A DNA stretch of 64,000 bases from a virus (lineage: Duplodnaviria > Caudoviricetes). The stretch covers positions 82,937 to 146,936 of the IMG/VR virus record IMGVR_UViG_3300021387_001614. One strand, given 5' to 3'. Position numbers and translations under genes: made by a program. Positions 28,918-38,479 of the stretch are shown here, in pieces. Numbering within the stretch: position 1 is the stretch's first letter; each line of letters begins with the position of its first letter. Under the pieces are notes generated by a model that had not been told where the DNA came from, made no database searches, and was given only the letters and a program-made list of their open reading frames with translations.

Positions 28918-29899
28918 AAACGGAGTAGAAAGGTTTATTTACGCTTTACCGTTCGGACTTAAGGCGGCCAATGAAGAAGTCATGACAGCCACAAAAGTTG
29001 ATGGGGTAGAGGCGACAATGGATGTTAGCGACCAAAGGGTTGCCAAACACATGCTTAAAGGTGAATTAACTCAAGAAGTTAAAGATTTAAGATATAGGAC
29101 ATATAAAGTAGCAAACGAATCTAAAAAATTTCAGTATATAGGAAATGGTGTTTCAGTAAAAAGGGATGTTGAAAAAATTAATGACAGTAAATTTAAATTT
29201 TCACAAGAGTGTAAAATAATCTGTTCGGACATATTAACGGAACTTAAGCACATAAATGATTATGGCGATGAAACTTATACATTATCAATTTCATATATGT
29301 ATCCGGGTGTAAAATTTAAGCTCGAACAATTTGCAACACAGATAGATGTGTATGTTGAAGATGATTTTTACGAGACAACTCTTCATTTTAATTCTATTGC
29401 AAACGCTTACGATAAAAAATCCATGCCTTTTATTAATACACTGAAAAAACTACAAAAAGATATAAATGAAGCAAAAGAAAAGGGGTTAAGTTTAGATGCG
29501 CTTTTAGCGAAAGAAGAAATAACATCAAGTATGATTACGTTGTCATTTATAACATTTAATGCAACAAATGATTACCCCGATATGGTTAGTTTTACGTTTA
29601 CCGAACCACAACTAACATCAATTAATATGAGTAATTCTGAGTTTAGATTATCTTTTAGGTGGAAAACCATGAAAAAAGATGACTTAATGGAAAAGATTTA
29701 CTCTGAAAACATGGAAAATAAATATAAAAATCACGAAAGAAAAAATGTTCAGTTAGATATTATAAACAAAGAACGTGTAAGATATTGTTCAGTTTGTGGA
29801 AAAAAAATAAATGTATATGATGGCGATTTAACTGAATATGATAGTGGCAAGGCACTTTGTATTGATTGTTTTAAAAAAGAAATGTTAAATAAATTATGA
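28892..29899 (+). CDS. Hypothetical protein with C-terminal zinc finger
   Basis: CSVCG...LCIDC at the C-terminus. Confidence 0.7.
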   Translation: MNNIFRKIKNGVERFIYALPFGLKAANEEVMTATKVDGVEATMDVSDQRVAKHMLKGELTQEVKDLRYRTYKVANESKKFQYIGNGVSVKRDVEKINDSKFKFSQECKIICSDILTELKHINDYGDETYTLSISYMYPGVKFKLEQFATQIDVYVEDDFYETTLHFNSIANAYDKKSMPFINTLKKLQKDINEAKEKGLSLDALLAKEEITSSMITLSFITFNATNDYPDMVSFTFTEPQLTSINMSNSEFRLSFRWKTMKKDDLMEKIYSENMENKYKNHERKNVQLDIINKERVRYCSVCGKKINVYDGDLTEYDSGKALCIDCFKKEMLNKL

Positions 29900-30507
29900 T
29901 AACAATAGGTGTTGAATTAAACGATGTCGTTAGAGACATTAAAAAACAGATGCTGAAATACTTTAAAAAAGAATTTGGCAGTGATTATGACCCGGATGAC
30001 ATTGAAAGCAGCGAGGATATTTTTGAAAAGGGGTATATAAAGTTTAACTCAAAAAAGGATGAAAAAAATTTTATATACATAGATTATCCTTATGAATTGT
30101 TTGGTTGTGCCAAACCAATGGAAAAAAATCTTCCAACAAAAATAAATCAATGGCTAACAGATATGTCTAATATTGATGACGAAGAGTTTAGGGTTATTTA
30201 TTTTTCAATGGACGAGGAAGCGCTTACAATACAATCAAGTTTCTTTTTTTTGAGCAAAATAGGCACACGTGTAAGAGAAGTTTTATTCCCTCAAAATATA
30301 GACGAGATAAAGGGAAAATTTGATTTTGTTGTTTCTGCAAATAATGACATTATCAATAAACTAGGTGAAAACGGAGTGAAAACGATTAAAATAAAGAAAG
30401 ATTGGAACACTGAGACTAAATGTGATTTTGAATTTGATTCATTATCAGATGTTGTTGATGATGAGAACTTTCTAAATAAAATTGTTGAAATTAAGAAAAA
30501 TGGCTAA
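29896..30507 (+). CDS. HAD-fold 5'(3')-deoxyribonucleotidase-like protein, degenerate motif I
   Basis: MITIGVELNDVVRD matches IGIDxDxV..D; C-terminal IKIKKDWN...FDSLSD typical of the family. Confidence 0.55.
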   Translation: MITIGVELNDVVRDIKKQMLKYFKKEFGSDYDPDDIESSEDIFEKGYIKFNSKKDEKNFIYIDYPYELFGCAKPMEKNLPTKINQWLTDMSNIDDEEFRVIYFSMDEEALTIQSSFFFLSKIGTRVREVLFPQNIDEIKGKFDFVVSANNDIINKLGENGVKTIKIKKDWNTETKCDFEFDSLSDVVDDENFLNKIVEIKKNG

Positions 30508-30814
30508 TTTTAATGAAAAAATGTACCTCAACTTGGATGCGATAAAGGATTTCATTTTTGAGGAAGAAAAGCGTAACAGTGATGTTGAAGTAACTGAAAC
30601 TATGGGAGCATCAGGTGGTGAAAAATTAGAAACCGTAAGCAAAGTTATTAGAGAGGTTAAAAGCAGCGACTTTTCAAATAAACAGACCATTAAGTATGAC
30701 ATGATTAAAATGTTTATTGAAATACTTAATGAAATCGAACAAAATGGTACACCAATGACTTGTGGAGAAAGTGTGGTGGTTAATACAATGGTTGCATATA
30801 ATTTTTTAATTTAA
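30500..30814 (+). CDS. Hypothetical protein
   Basis: Start moved to ATG 30500 (MANFNEK), overlapping the upstream stop. Confidence 0.7.
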   Translation: MANFNEKMYLNLDAIKDFIFEEEKRNSDVEVTETMGASGGEKLETVSKVIREVKSSDFSNKQTIKYDMIKMFIEILNEIEQNGTPMTCGESVVVNTMVAYNFLI

Positions 30815-30823
30815 AGAGATAAA

Positions 30824-31969
30824 ATGATGGAAGATAAGAAAACAAAAGCCTTACAAAAAGTTAAGGAGGAAATTGAAAAAATAAATAAAAAAGAAAACAA
30901 TGTTTTTTTCTTTGTTCTTGATACGAAAGGTAATCCAAGTGGTAGTTTGGAATATATTTACAACCTTGCTCTGATTACTAAAAATAATGGATATAAAGTA
31001 TCTATGCTTTACCAAGAAGAAAAGAAAGAAGATTTTGTTGGCGTAGGTGAGTGGCTAGGCGAGGAGTATGCAAACATTCCGCATTATAATATCGCAAGTG
31101 ATGATGTGGAAATCACGCCGTCTGACATTTTATTTATCCCCGAAATTTTTGCTAATGTAATGAATCAAACAAAGAAATTGCCGTGTAAACGAATAGCATT
31201 GTTTCAAAATTATGATTTTTTGGTAGAACAAATGCCGTTTGCTGCACAATGGGGTGATTTTGGTATACTTGAAGCAATTACCAACACAGAACACAATGCA
31301 AAACTCATTAAGGATATTTACCCATACGTTAAGACAACGGTAATTCAGCCATTTATTAAAAAATATTTTGGAAACACCAATGAATCCAAAAAGATGGTTG
31401 TCAATATTGTTGCTGAAAATCAGAGTGATATTAATAAAATAATTAAGCCATTCTATTGGAAATATCCGTCATATAAGTGGGTATCATTCAGAGATTTACG
31501 AGGTTTCCCTAAAACAAGATTTGCTGAACTCCTTCGTGAGGGTGCTATAACCGTATGGGTGGACGATAAGGCAACCTTTGGATATGGCGCAATTGAGGCA
31601 ATGAAAAGTGGTTCTGTTGTTATAGCAAAAGTTCCTGAAACACCGTTACCGTGGATGGAAAGCAGTGATGAAAACCAAAAGGGAGTATTAAAGAATTGTT
31701 GCTTATGGTTTGATGATTTCCATGAGGTACAAAGAGCCATTGCTAATGTTGTACGTGCTTGGATTACTGATAAAGTTCCTGATGAAATACAAAAAGAAGC
31801 AGAGAAGGTTTCTAAAATGTATGATGAAGAAACAACAACAAAACAGTTCTTAGAATATCTTACAGAAGTGAATGAAAAACGTAAGGCTGAAATGGAAGAG
31901 TTATACAATAACGTAACAAAGGATGCTGAAGCAAAAAATAATAAGAAAAAAGCAAAGAAAAATGAGTAA
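30824..31969 (+). CDS. Glycosyltransferase-like protein, GT-B (GT4-like)
   Basis: DILFIPEIF, FRDLRG, WVDD.ATFGY.AIEAMKSG.VVI. Confidence 0.75.
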   Translation: MMEDKKTKALQKVKEEIEKINKKENNVFFFVLDTKGNPSGSLEYIYNLALITKNNGYKVSMLYQEEKKEDFVGVGEWLGEEYANIPHYNIASDDVEITPSDILFIPEIFANVMNQTKKLPCKRIALFQNYDFLVEQMPFAAQWGDFGILEAITNTEHNAKLIKDIYPYVKTTVIQPFIKKYFGNTNESKKMVVNIVAENQSDINKIIKPFYWKYPSYKWVSFRDLRGFPKTRFAELLREGAITVWVDDKATFGYGAIEAMKSGSVVIAKVPETPLPWMESSDENQKGVLKNCCLWFDDFHEVQRAIANVVRAWITDKVPDEIQKEAEKVSKMYDEETTTKQFLEYLTEVNEKRKAEMEELYNNVTKDAEAKNNKKKAKKNE

Positions 31970-32738
31970 CATAACAGTAATTGTACCAATACATAAATAT
32001 GACGATGAGGTTGCATCTCTTCTTGAGGATGCAGTAAATTCAGTGCCGAACGACATGAATGTTCGCTTATCGTGTCCTAAGTCCATTGAAAAAAGTCTTA
32101 ATGAATGGTGTACGGGTAGAAAGAATGTGTCAGTTTTTTCTATCTCAGACGAAAGTGATTTTGCTACCTTAGTTAATCAGGCAATTGATGATACTGAGTA
32201 TTTTTCTATACTTGAGTTTGATGATGAATATACTCCAACATGGTTTAACAATGTACAAAAGTATATCTCTGAACAACCCGAAACGAGTGTTTTTTTACCA
32301 CTTGAGGATTTGGTTGACTATACAACTAAAGAATATATAGGATATGGCAACGAAGCACCTTGGGCATCTTCATTTTCTAATGAAATAGGTTTTATAGACC
32401 TCGATTGCTTACAAAATTTCTTTAATTTTTATATGACAGGTTCGGTATTTAATACAAAGGATTGGAAGAAAATCGGTGGACTTAAAAAATCAATTAAACT
32501 TACTTTTTGGTACGAATTCTTGCTTCGTATGACCAGTAAAGGTAAAAAAATTTTTGTGATACCAAAGGTGGGGTACGTTCACTATTTAAAGCGTAAAGGT
32601 TCGGTACTTGATGAATATATCAATACGATGGACGAAAAAGAAAGTGAGTTTTGGTACAATATAGCAAAACAAGAATATTTATTTAAAGATGATAGGGGCA
32701 AAACATATAATCCCGACAATAACAAAAAAGAAAATTAA
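31962..32738 (+). CDS. Glycosyltransferase family 2
   Basis: MSNITVIVPIH, YFSILEFDD, IGGLK, FLLR, VIPKVGY.H; start moved to ATG 31962. Confidence 0.8.
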   Translation: MSNITVIVPIHKYDDEVASLLEDAVNSVPNDMNVRLSCPKSIEKSLNEWCTGRKNVSVFSISDESDFATLVNQAIDDTEYFSILEFDDEYTPTWFNNVQKYISEQPETSVFLPLEDLVDYTTKEYIGYGNEAPWASSFSNEIGFIDLDCLQNFFNFYMTGSVFNTKDWKKIGGLKKSIKLTFWYEFLLRMTSKGKKIFVIPKVGYVHYLKRKGSVLDEYINTMDEKESEFWYNIAKQEYLFKDDRGKTYNPDNNKKEN

Positions 32739-32756
32739 TCTTGCGTTAAGGATAGT

Positions 32757-32804
32757 AATGGATTCCTTGAGACATTCCCATTATGTTTCGGGAATCCATT
32801 TTTT
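32757..32804 (+). terminator. Long-stem intrinsic terminator upstream of the sigma gene
   Basis: ATGGATTCCTTGAGACAT/ATGTTTCGGGAATCCAT stem (with G-U pairs) plus T-tract. Confidence 0.7.
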
Positions 32805-32841
32805 CCGTCGCTAAAAATAATAAACACACGAACCATTAAAA

Positions 32842-33618
32842 ATGGCAAAGAGAGGACGTAAACCCGGTACAAAACGAAAAGGATATTTTTATGAAAAAGA
32901 GGAACAAGCAGTTGTAGATTACCTTAACACCACAGATGAGAAGGTAAAAAACGACATATATAACAAATATCTTCATCCCGCGTTTTCGAAAATGGTGGAA
33001 TCAATAATTAATAGATATAAATTATATCCGCCAGATGAAAGTTTTCAAGAAACGTTTGAAGATACTATATCATTTTTAATGACTAAAATTGATAAATTTG
33101 ATGCATCAAAGGGGTGTAAATCTTATTCATACTGTGGTACAATCTGTAAGAACTATTTAATACATAAAATAGAGGCGATAAATAAAAACAAAAAAAGAAT
33201 TGAAAACTATGATTGTATTAATGACAGCATTGCAGACAGTATTAAATTTTCTTATGGTAGTAGTAAGCAAAACAACTTTTTAAATAATTTAATGAATAGT
33301 ACTATTAATGAAATAAAAAACACTATAGAAACCAAAGAAGAAAATAAACTGAGTAATAATGATATAAAGGTAGGTTTAGCGTTAATAGAACTAATGACAA
33401 ATTGGGAAGAAATGTTTGCTCAAATGGGTAGTAATAAATTTAATAAAAGTTCAATTCTTCTTTTTTTGAAAGAAACTACGTTATTATCGCCAAAAGAAAT
33501 ACGTGAAAGCATGAAAAAATATAAATGCGTGTATTATGCAATTAAGAAAGAACTTATCGAAGATGACGAAAAAGTTTTTTCACAGATTAAATCAACTGAA
33601 GAAAATGGCGAAATTTAA
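32842..33618 (+). CDS. Phage-encoded sigma factor (gp55-like late sigma candidate)
   Basis: Region-2-like KMVESII.RY...D.ISFL..KIDKFDASKG.KSYSY.GTI.KNYLI. Confidence 0.7.
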   Translation: MAKRGRKPGTKRKGYFYEKEEQAVVDYLNTTDEKVKNDIYNKYLHPAFSKMVESIINRYKLYPPDESFQETFEDTISFLMTKIDKFDASKGCKSYSYCGTICKNYLIHKIEAINKNKKRIENYDCINDSIADSIKFSYGSSKQNNFLNNLMNSTINEIKNTIETKEENKLSNNDIKVGLALIELMTNWEEMFAQMGSNKFNKSSILLFLKETTLLSPKEIRESMKKYKCVYYAIKKELIEDDEKVFSQIKSTEENGEI

Positions 33619-34009
33619 AATTATACTAAACGATGAACAAAATGTAAGGGATTTGCTTCAAAATGCTTATAACCTTGCTGATGAACAACTTGTACAAGCA
33701 CAAAATGAAATGGATAAACTTGCCAATTCAACTAAACTTGAACAAGAAGTCATGGACTCAAAACAAAAATATTCGAAGGCGATGAATGATTATCTTTCGA
33801 TAAAAGATAAAGCAATAAGTAAAAAAATAGAAATTGCTAAACTTTTATCTGAGATTATATCTCGTGTATCAGCAGGTAAAAACAATTCTGTTGGCGGCTC
33901 GGCTACGAATGGCAAGGGTTTTGATTTTAGCGAAATCAAAAAACTCGTAGATTCATCACTTACAGAAGATAATGAGACAACTAAAAAAATAGAACTAACC
34001 AAAAAATAA
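33605..34009 (+). CDS. Hypothetical helical protein
   Basis: Start moved to ATG 33605 (MAKFKII), overlapping the sigma 3' end. Confidence 0.7.
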   Translation: MAKFKIILNDEQNVRDLLQNAYNLADEQLVQAQNEMDKLANSTKLEQEVMDSKQKYSKAMNDYLSIKDKAISKKIEIAKLLSEIISRVSAGKNNSVGGSATNGKGFDFSEIKKLVDSSLTEDNETTKKIELTKK

Positions 34010-34012
34010 AAA

Positions 34013-36841
34013 ATGACAGCATCGGGAACAACATCGAACGAAACCAACGCTAGATATAGCAATGTTTATGATACGTCAACCACACCGAAAAGTTTAGAAA
34101 TAAAAAGAATAAACGGTGGGGCACAAGAACCCGTGTCTAATGTTAATCCCCCTAAAAAATTATCGCAATCAATAAAGGAGGGGCAAATTAAAATGTTTGC
34201 TACAATTAATGCTGCAAACACTATATTAGAAAAATTACCATCTTTTATTGATGCGGGTTATGATATTATATCAGCAAATCAATTTTCATTTTCGGCAAGT
34301 CCATTGGGGCTTTTAATTAAGTTACTTTACCTTTTTGGCGTTACCGATAAACAGATTGTAGATTGGTTGGTTGATTTTATGGTGAATGTTCTACCTTATG
34401 CAGAGATGGGGTTAAAAGCAGCGCTTCTTGCAAATATTAAAGAGATTGTTTCTTGTTCTGCTGACCCAAGAATCCCAAAAAGGCTTAGGAAGAAAATAGG
34501 TTCTTATTATTATGAAACGGGTATTTCAGCAGAATCTGATGAAAGAGGATTGATAATTCCTGTAGATTCAATTGACCCGAAGGGAATATTGGGAAAATCG
34601 CCATACAATACAGAAAGCATGCTTTATTATTTTGGTGTGATGAGTGGTAAAGTCATGCAAAATAAACTACTTGAAGAAAACCTTAATGATTTTGTAGTAT
34701 CAGCCAAATTACCGGTTTATAAGTTAGTTAGAGCAGATGATTTTAACGCTTTTTTGTGGTTTGTGATACACAAAGGAAGATTTTCATCACCAAGTAATGT
34801 CGTTATTAATAAAGAAGATGGCACTATAATTGTTAACAATGACACTTATAACATTGATAAAACAAAGGGTGGTGACACAATTCTTTCAAAAATGGTTGTT
34901 AATCCTGTTTATCCCGGTGAGGGCGTTAAAAAGGATAAAATGCCGTTAGGTCAAACTTTCACCGTAGATAATTCGCCTAATATAATTTCAATGTGTTTTC
35001 ACAAAGATGTTGGGTATGAAGAAGATGGCTCGGAATATACAACAAGCGACACTCTATTACCCGTATCTAACGATTGGGTGAGTGTAAATTGGTACGCAGA
35101 TAGGAGAAATTATTATGCTAGAAATTTAGGGCTAACTGATAAATTTGGCACTGATTTTAATTCACGTGACTTTAGTAACGAACGTGGTATTTGTAACCTT
35201 CAATATCTTACGCCAATAGAAAATGGGAACTATGTGGGTGAAACAACGCAAAATTTAAAATTTACCATTTTACCTAAGCCATATGTTGTTTTAGACCTTG
35301 ATTATATTGGTAGAATACTTTTTAATGAAGAAGGCGAAGCCGATAGTAACGGAAGATTTTCTTTACCGACAGATAAATTAACATCATCGGGTACGGCATA
35401 TGTACGTAATGAAAATTTAAAAATATCAAGCGAAAACCTTATAGATTACGTTAATGCAAACGCGGCAGAATTAGAAAGCGAATGGAAAACCGTATATGAT
35501 AGCGTTGCAGGTGGCGATGTAAGCGTATTAAGTAATAAAAACAGTATGACACTTAATGTTCTTGCTCAGATAATATCTAAGGCGACCATTATAAAGGATA
35601 ATACGGATGTTATAGATGAGCGTGCAAAGGTGTTAAGTGTTATCGTGGAAGAACAAAATAAGAGAATTAAGGAAGAATTAAGGGAAAGCGGTCAAGACGA
35701 ATTAATATTTAACGTGGGCGAGGATGCAGATGATTGTGTTCTTCACGTTAATGTTTCTAATGGAAGTTATTATTTGTCAGATTCACAAGGAAACAAAAAC
35801 AAGGATTTTACAAAGCATCTTGTAGAATGTTATAATGGATTAACGGTGTATGAGTTTAATTATGATTATATAATGAGTCAACGCCTTTTTAATCCGGCGA
35901 CAGTATGCTATCAATTACTTTCAAACATATCAAACGGTGCTGATAGAAGTACGTTCACAGTAGGAATTAATCTTAATAAAGATGATAATGACTATACTTT
36001 CGGCTATTCATCACAACGTATAACGGAAATAGTTAAAAATATTATCAATTCTGATGAAGAAGAACTTTCTGATTGTTTTTATAAATTTTCTAACGCTGAT
36101 TTTGCTGCAATGTTAGAAGAATCAGAGAGAAAACGTTTTAATAGGTTAGCATACACCAATAATTTCGGAAATGTTAATTTAACCGAGGCAAATGCGATAT
36201 TATCAACACTTTCTATGGATATGAGTAGAGAGGAATGGACTCTAATTTTAAATAGGGCTATAGAGACTACAATGGCAAGTGTTGTTAATGAAAATAATGT
36301 TGCGCTTCAAGATGAGGGAACTGTTCGACTTGATTTTGCTACAAACATGCTAAGTCAATTAGCGGCAATATTAATCGACTCTATTTTATCACCAAAAGTT
36401 CTTTTGCTTATTGCAGTTAATAAAGCATTGGTTGGCAATTCTACAAGGACAATAAATGCAGAGGATTTACTTAACGCCATGAAAGGTGTTGTTGTTGGAC
36501 TTGTAAGGGAGGTTAGAGATTTGGTACTCCAAAAATTGCTTGATTATTTATTGTCATTACTAATGCCGATTGTTGCGGAACTTGCAGCAAAAATAGAATT
36601 AGAACAATATCAGTCATATATGGCACTTTTGCGAAGTTTGTTGTCATTAATAAGTGACACAGCATCAATAGGAATGGAAATAACATCAACTATTAAAACC
36701 ATCCTTAATAAATATGGTGCTCATAATAGCAAACGAAGCGATATTGATTTACCAACGGTATTAGATAATGTAACATATGCAGACATAACACCGGAAGATG
36801 CTGCAAATAATGAAAATAATAATGAACCAAGTATTTGTTAA
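34013..36841 (+). CDS. Large hypothetical protein (possibly baseplate/tail-associated)
   Basis: 942 aa; helical hydrophobic termini; upstream of the gp5-like spike gene. Confidence 0.6.
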   Translation: MTASGTTSNETNARYSNVYDTSTTPKSLEIKRINGGAQEPVSNVNPPKKLSQSIKEGQIKMFATINAANTILEKLPSFIDAGYDIISANQFSFSASPLGLLIKLLYLFGVTDKQIVDWLVDFMVNVLPYAEMGLKAALLANIKEIVSCSADPRIPKRLRKKIGSYYYETGISAESDERGLIIPVDSIDPKGILGKSPYNTESMLYYFGVMSGKVMQNKLLEENLNDFVVSAKLPVYKLVRADDFNAFLWFVIHKGRFSSPSNVVINKEDGTIIVNNDTYNIDKTKGGDTILSKMVVNPVYPGEGVKKDKMPLGQTFTVDNSPNIISMCFHKDVGYEEDGSEYTTSDTLLPVSNDWVSVNWYADRRNYYARNLGLTDKFGTDFNSRDFSNERGICNLQYLTPIENGNYVGETTQNLKFTILPKPYVVLDLDYIGRILFNEEGEADSNGRFSLPTDKLTSSGTAYVRNENLKISSENLIDYVNANAAELESEWKTVYDSVAGGDVSVLSNKNSMTLNVLAQIISKATIIKDNTDVIDERAKVLSVIVEEQNKRIKEELRESGQDELIFNVGEDADDCVLHVNVSNGSYYLSDSQGNKNKDFTKHLVECYNGLTVYEFNYDYIMSQRLFNPATVCYQLLSNISNGADRSTFTVGINLNKDDNDYTFGYSSQRITEIVKNIINSDEEELSDCFYKFSNADFAAMLEESERKRFNRLAYTNNFGNVNLTEANAILSTLSMDMSREEWTLILNRAIETTMASVVNENNVALQDEGTVRLDFATNMLSQLAAILIDSILSPKVLLLIAVNKALVGNSTRTINAEDLLNAMKGVVVGLVREVRDLVLQKLLDYLLSLLMPIVAELAAKIELEQYQSYMALLRSLLSLISDTASIGMEITSTIKTILNKYGAHNSKRSDIDLPTVLDNVTYADITPEDAANNENNNEPSIC

Positions 36842-36878
36842 AGAAAAAAATAAAAAAAAATATTTAAAAAAAAATGGA

Positions 36879-36922
36879 GCGGCGATTCCTCCCACCGCTA
36901 AAGCGTGTGGGTTTCCTCGCCG
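36879..36922. mobile_element. Orphan IS200/IS605-superfamily terminal hairpin (element remnant)
   Basis: GCGGCGATTCCTCCCACCGCTAAAGCGTGTGGGTTTCCTCGCCG: GC-rich nested palindrome in very AT-rich DNA, resembling the ends of tnpB/iscB elements; no transposase in the window. Confidence 0.6.
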
Positions 36923-36930
36923 AAATTTAT

Positions 36931-37323
36931 ATGAATATATCATCAATAGTTTCTGCTATTTCAAAATTGTTTAGTACGGTCAGGAAACCTGCACCCGAAG
37001 TTCCTACTCCGCTGATTTCTCTTGGCGGTACGATGAGACCGGGACTTTCTACGGCATCATCAAGCGCTAAAATTATAGTAAAATTAGCAGAACGTGGCAT
37101 TCCAACAGACCCATGTCCTGATGGAACACAAAATCTTACAAACGCAATGGTCGCGGAAATAGTTAATGAAATATTCAGGGCACTCCGTGAAGACGCAAAA
37201 ATAGAAATATCAATTGCACCGGGTGGCGCCATTGTGGAAACAAATGGTGCTAACGGTGGCGGGCCTTTGGTTGGAATCGGTGGAAATATTAATTTTGTTA
37301 AAGGTATGGGGGTTATACAATGA
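36931..37323 (+). CDS. Hypothetical Gly-rich protein (probable baseplate/tail component)
   Basis: Likely start ATG 36931 (MNISSIV); the longer track ORF reads through the IS-end hairpin. Confidence 0.65.
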   Translation: MNISSIVSAISKLFSTVRKPAPEVPTPLISLGGTMRPGLSTASSSAKIIVKLAERGIPTDPCPDGTQNLTNAMVAEIVNEIFRALREDAKIEISIAPGGAIVETNGANGGGPLVGIGGNINFVKGMGVIQ

Positions 37324-37502
37324 AGAAATATGATAGTTACACAAATGCCGAACTTAATATTGAGATGAAAAAACTCGAAGAAAATTATGAAATATCAAAA
37401 ATAAAGGTATTAAAATTAATTGACGAGATGAAATCAATGGACGAAGCATATGTGACAATAAAAAAAGAAATTGAAAAACGCAAGGGAGGACTTTTTAAAT
37501 GA
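37320..37502 (+). CDS. Small coiled-coil protein
   Basis: 60 aa; ATGA overlaps at both ends. Confidence 0.7.
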   Translation: MKKYDSYTNAELNIEMKKLEENYEISKIKVLKLIDEMKSMDEAYVTIKKEIEKRKGGLFK

Positions 37503-38404
37503 ACAAAATAAATATTATCAAAATAGCGCAAGTAGAGGACGTAAAGGATGATGCTGACGGTTTAAGAATAAAGGCGAGATTGCCACAAGAAAAAGGACAA
37601 GTCAGTGAGTTGCCATATGCGTTTCCACTTTTACCAAAGACATTTCAAAGTGTGCCGAAGGTGGGTGAGGGTGTTATTATATTAACAATGGAATCTGATA
37701 ATAAAGAAAGTGACAGATTTTATATTGGTCCGATAATATCACAGCCACAGTTTCAGGAGAAGTGTACACATTCTTATGGCCGAGGTGCAAGCATGTCACT
37801 TTTAAATGAAAGGTCAGTTAAACCCGAAGAAAAAATCAGTAACCATGCCGAAACTGTGGGTGCATTTCCTGCTGTTGCTGACGTTGCTGTTGTGGGGCGG
37901 CAAGGGCAAGACATAACTTTAAGACAAACACCCGGAAGGGAGGAAGAAGAGATTGATATAAGATGTGGCATAAGAAAACAAGCCACCGCACCGCTTATAG
38001 GAAAAGTTATTTTTAACAATGTTGACCCTGCATATATTCAGTTAAAATATGGCGTAAATATCGCATCAGGTGTTGATAAAAACGGTGTACCCGTAGATGC
38101 TAACAGCGTGGTAAATATTGCTGCTGACAGAATTAATATTATAAGCACAAAGGATTTATCACTAAACAGTGAAGTTACTAACCCCGAAAATCTTATACCT
38201 GACCTTGCACAAACAATGAATGATTTACACCAAGTACCACTTGGTGATAGACTTGTTGATTTTTTAAATAAATTCGTTACTGCATTTTTGAATCATGTGC
38301 ATAACCATAATTTAAAAGAGCCATCAGACGGCACTTTAGGTTATCAGGATTTAAAAAACTATCAGATAGATAAAATTTTATCTGAGTATGTAAGAATATC
38401 ATAA
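37499..38404 (+). CDS. Baseplate central spike (gp5/gpV-like OB fold)
   Basis: VEDVKDDADGLRIKARL, AFPLLP, VPKVGE.V, RFYIG; C-terminal HVH/HNH metal-binding tip motif. Confidence 0.75.
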   Translation: MNKINIIKIAQVEDVKDDADGLRIKARLPQEKGQVSELPYAFPLLPKTFQSVPKVGEGVIILTMESDNKESDRFYIGPIISQPQFQEKCTHSYGRGASMSLLNERSVKPEEKISNHAETVGAFPAVADVAVVGRQGQDITLRQTPGREEEEIDIRCGIRKQATAPLIGKVIFNNVDPAYIQLKYGVNIASGVDKNGVPVDANSVVNIAADRINIISTKDLSLNSEVTNPENLIPDLAQTMNDLHQVPLGDRLVDFLNKFVTAFLNHVHNHNLKEPSDGTLGYQDLKNYQIDKILSEYVRIS

Positions 38405-38439
38405 AAAAAATGGGCAACCGTGATTGGCTGCTCATTTTT
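38403..38439. terminator. Bidirectional terminator
   Basis: A-tract, ATGGGCAACC/GGCTGCTCAT imperfect stem, T-tract, between convergent genes. Confidence 0.65.
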
Positions 38440-38479
38440 ACATTCTATGTTATTGCCAAAATTTTTAGAAAAAACAAAA

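Noticed and set aside
36874-36930. N-terminal extension MERRFLPPLKRVGFLAEIY and antisense ORF 36761..36946
   Set aside because: Both are translations of the IS-type palindrome; ATG 36931 is the more plausible start.
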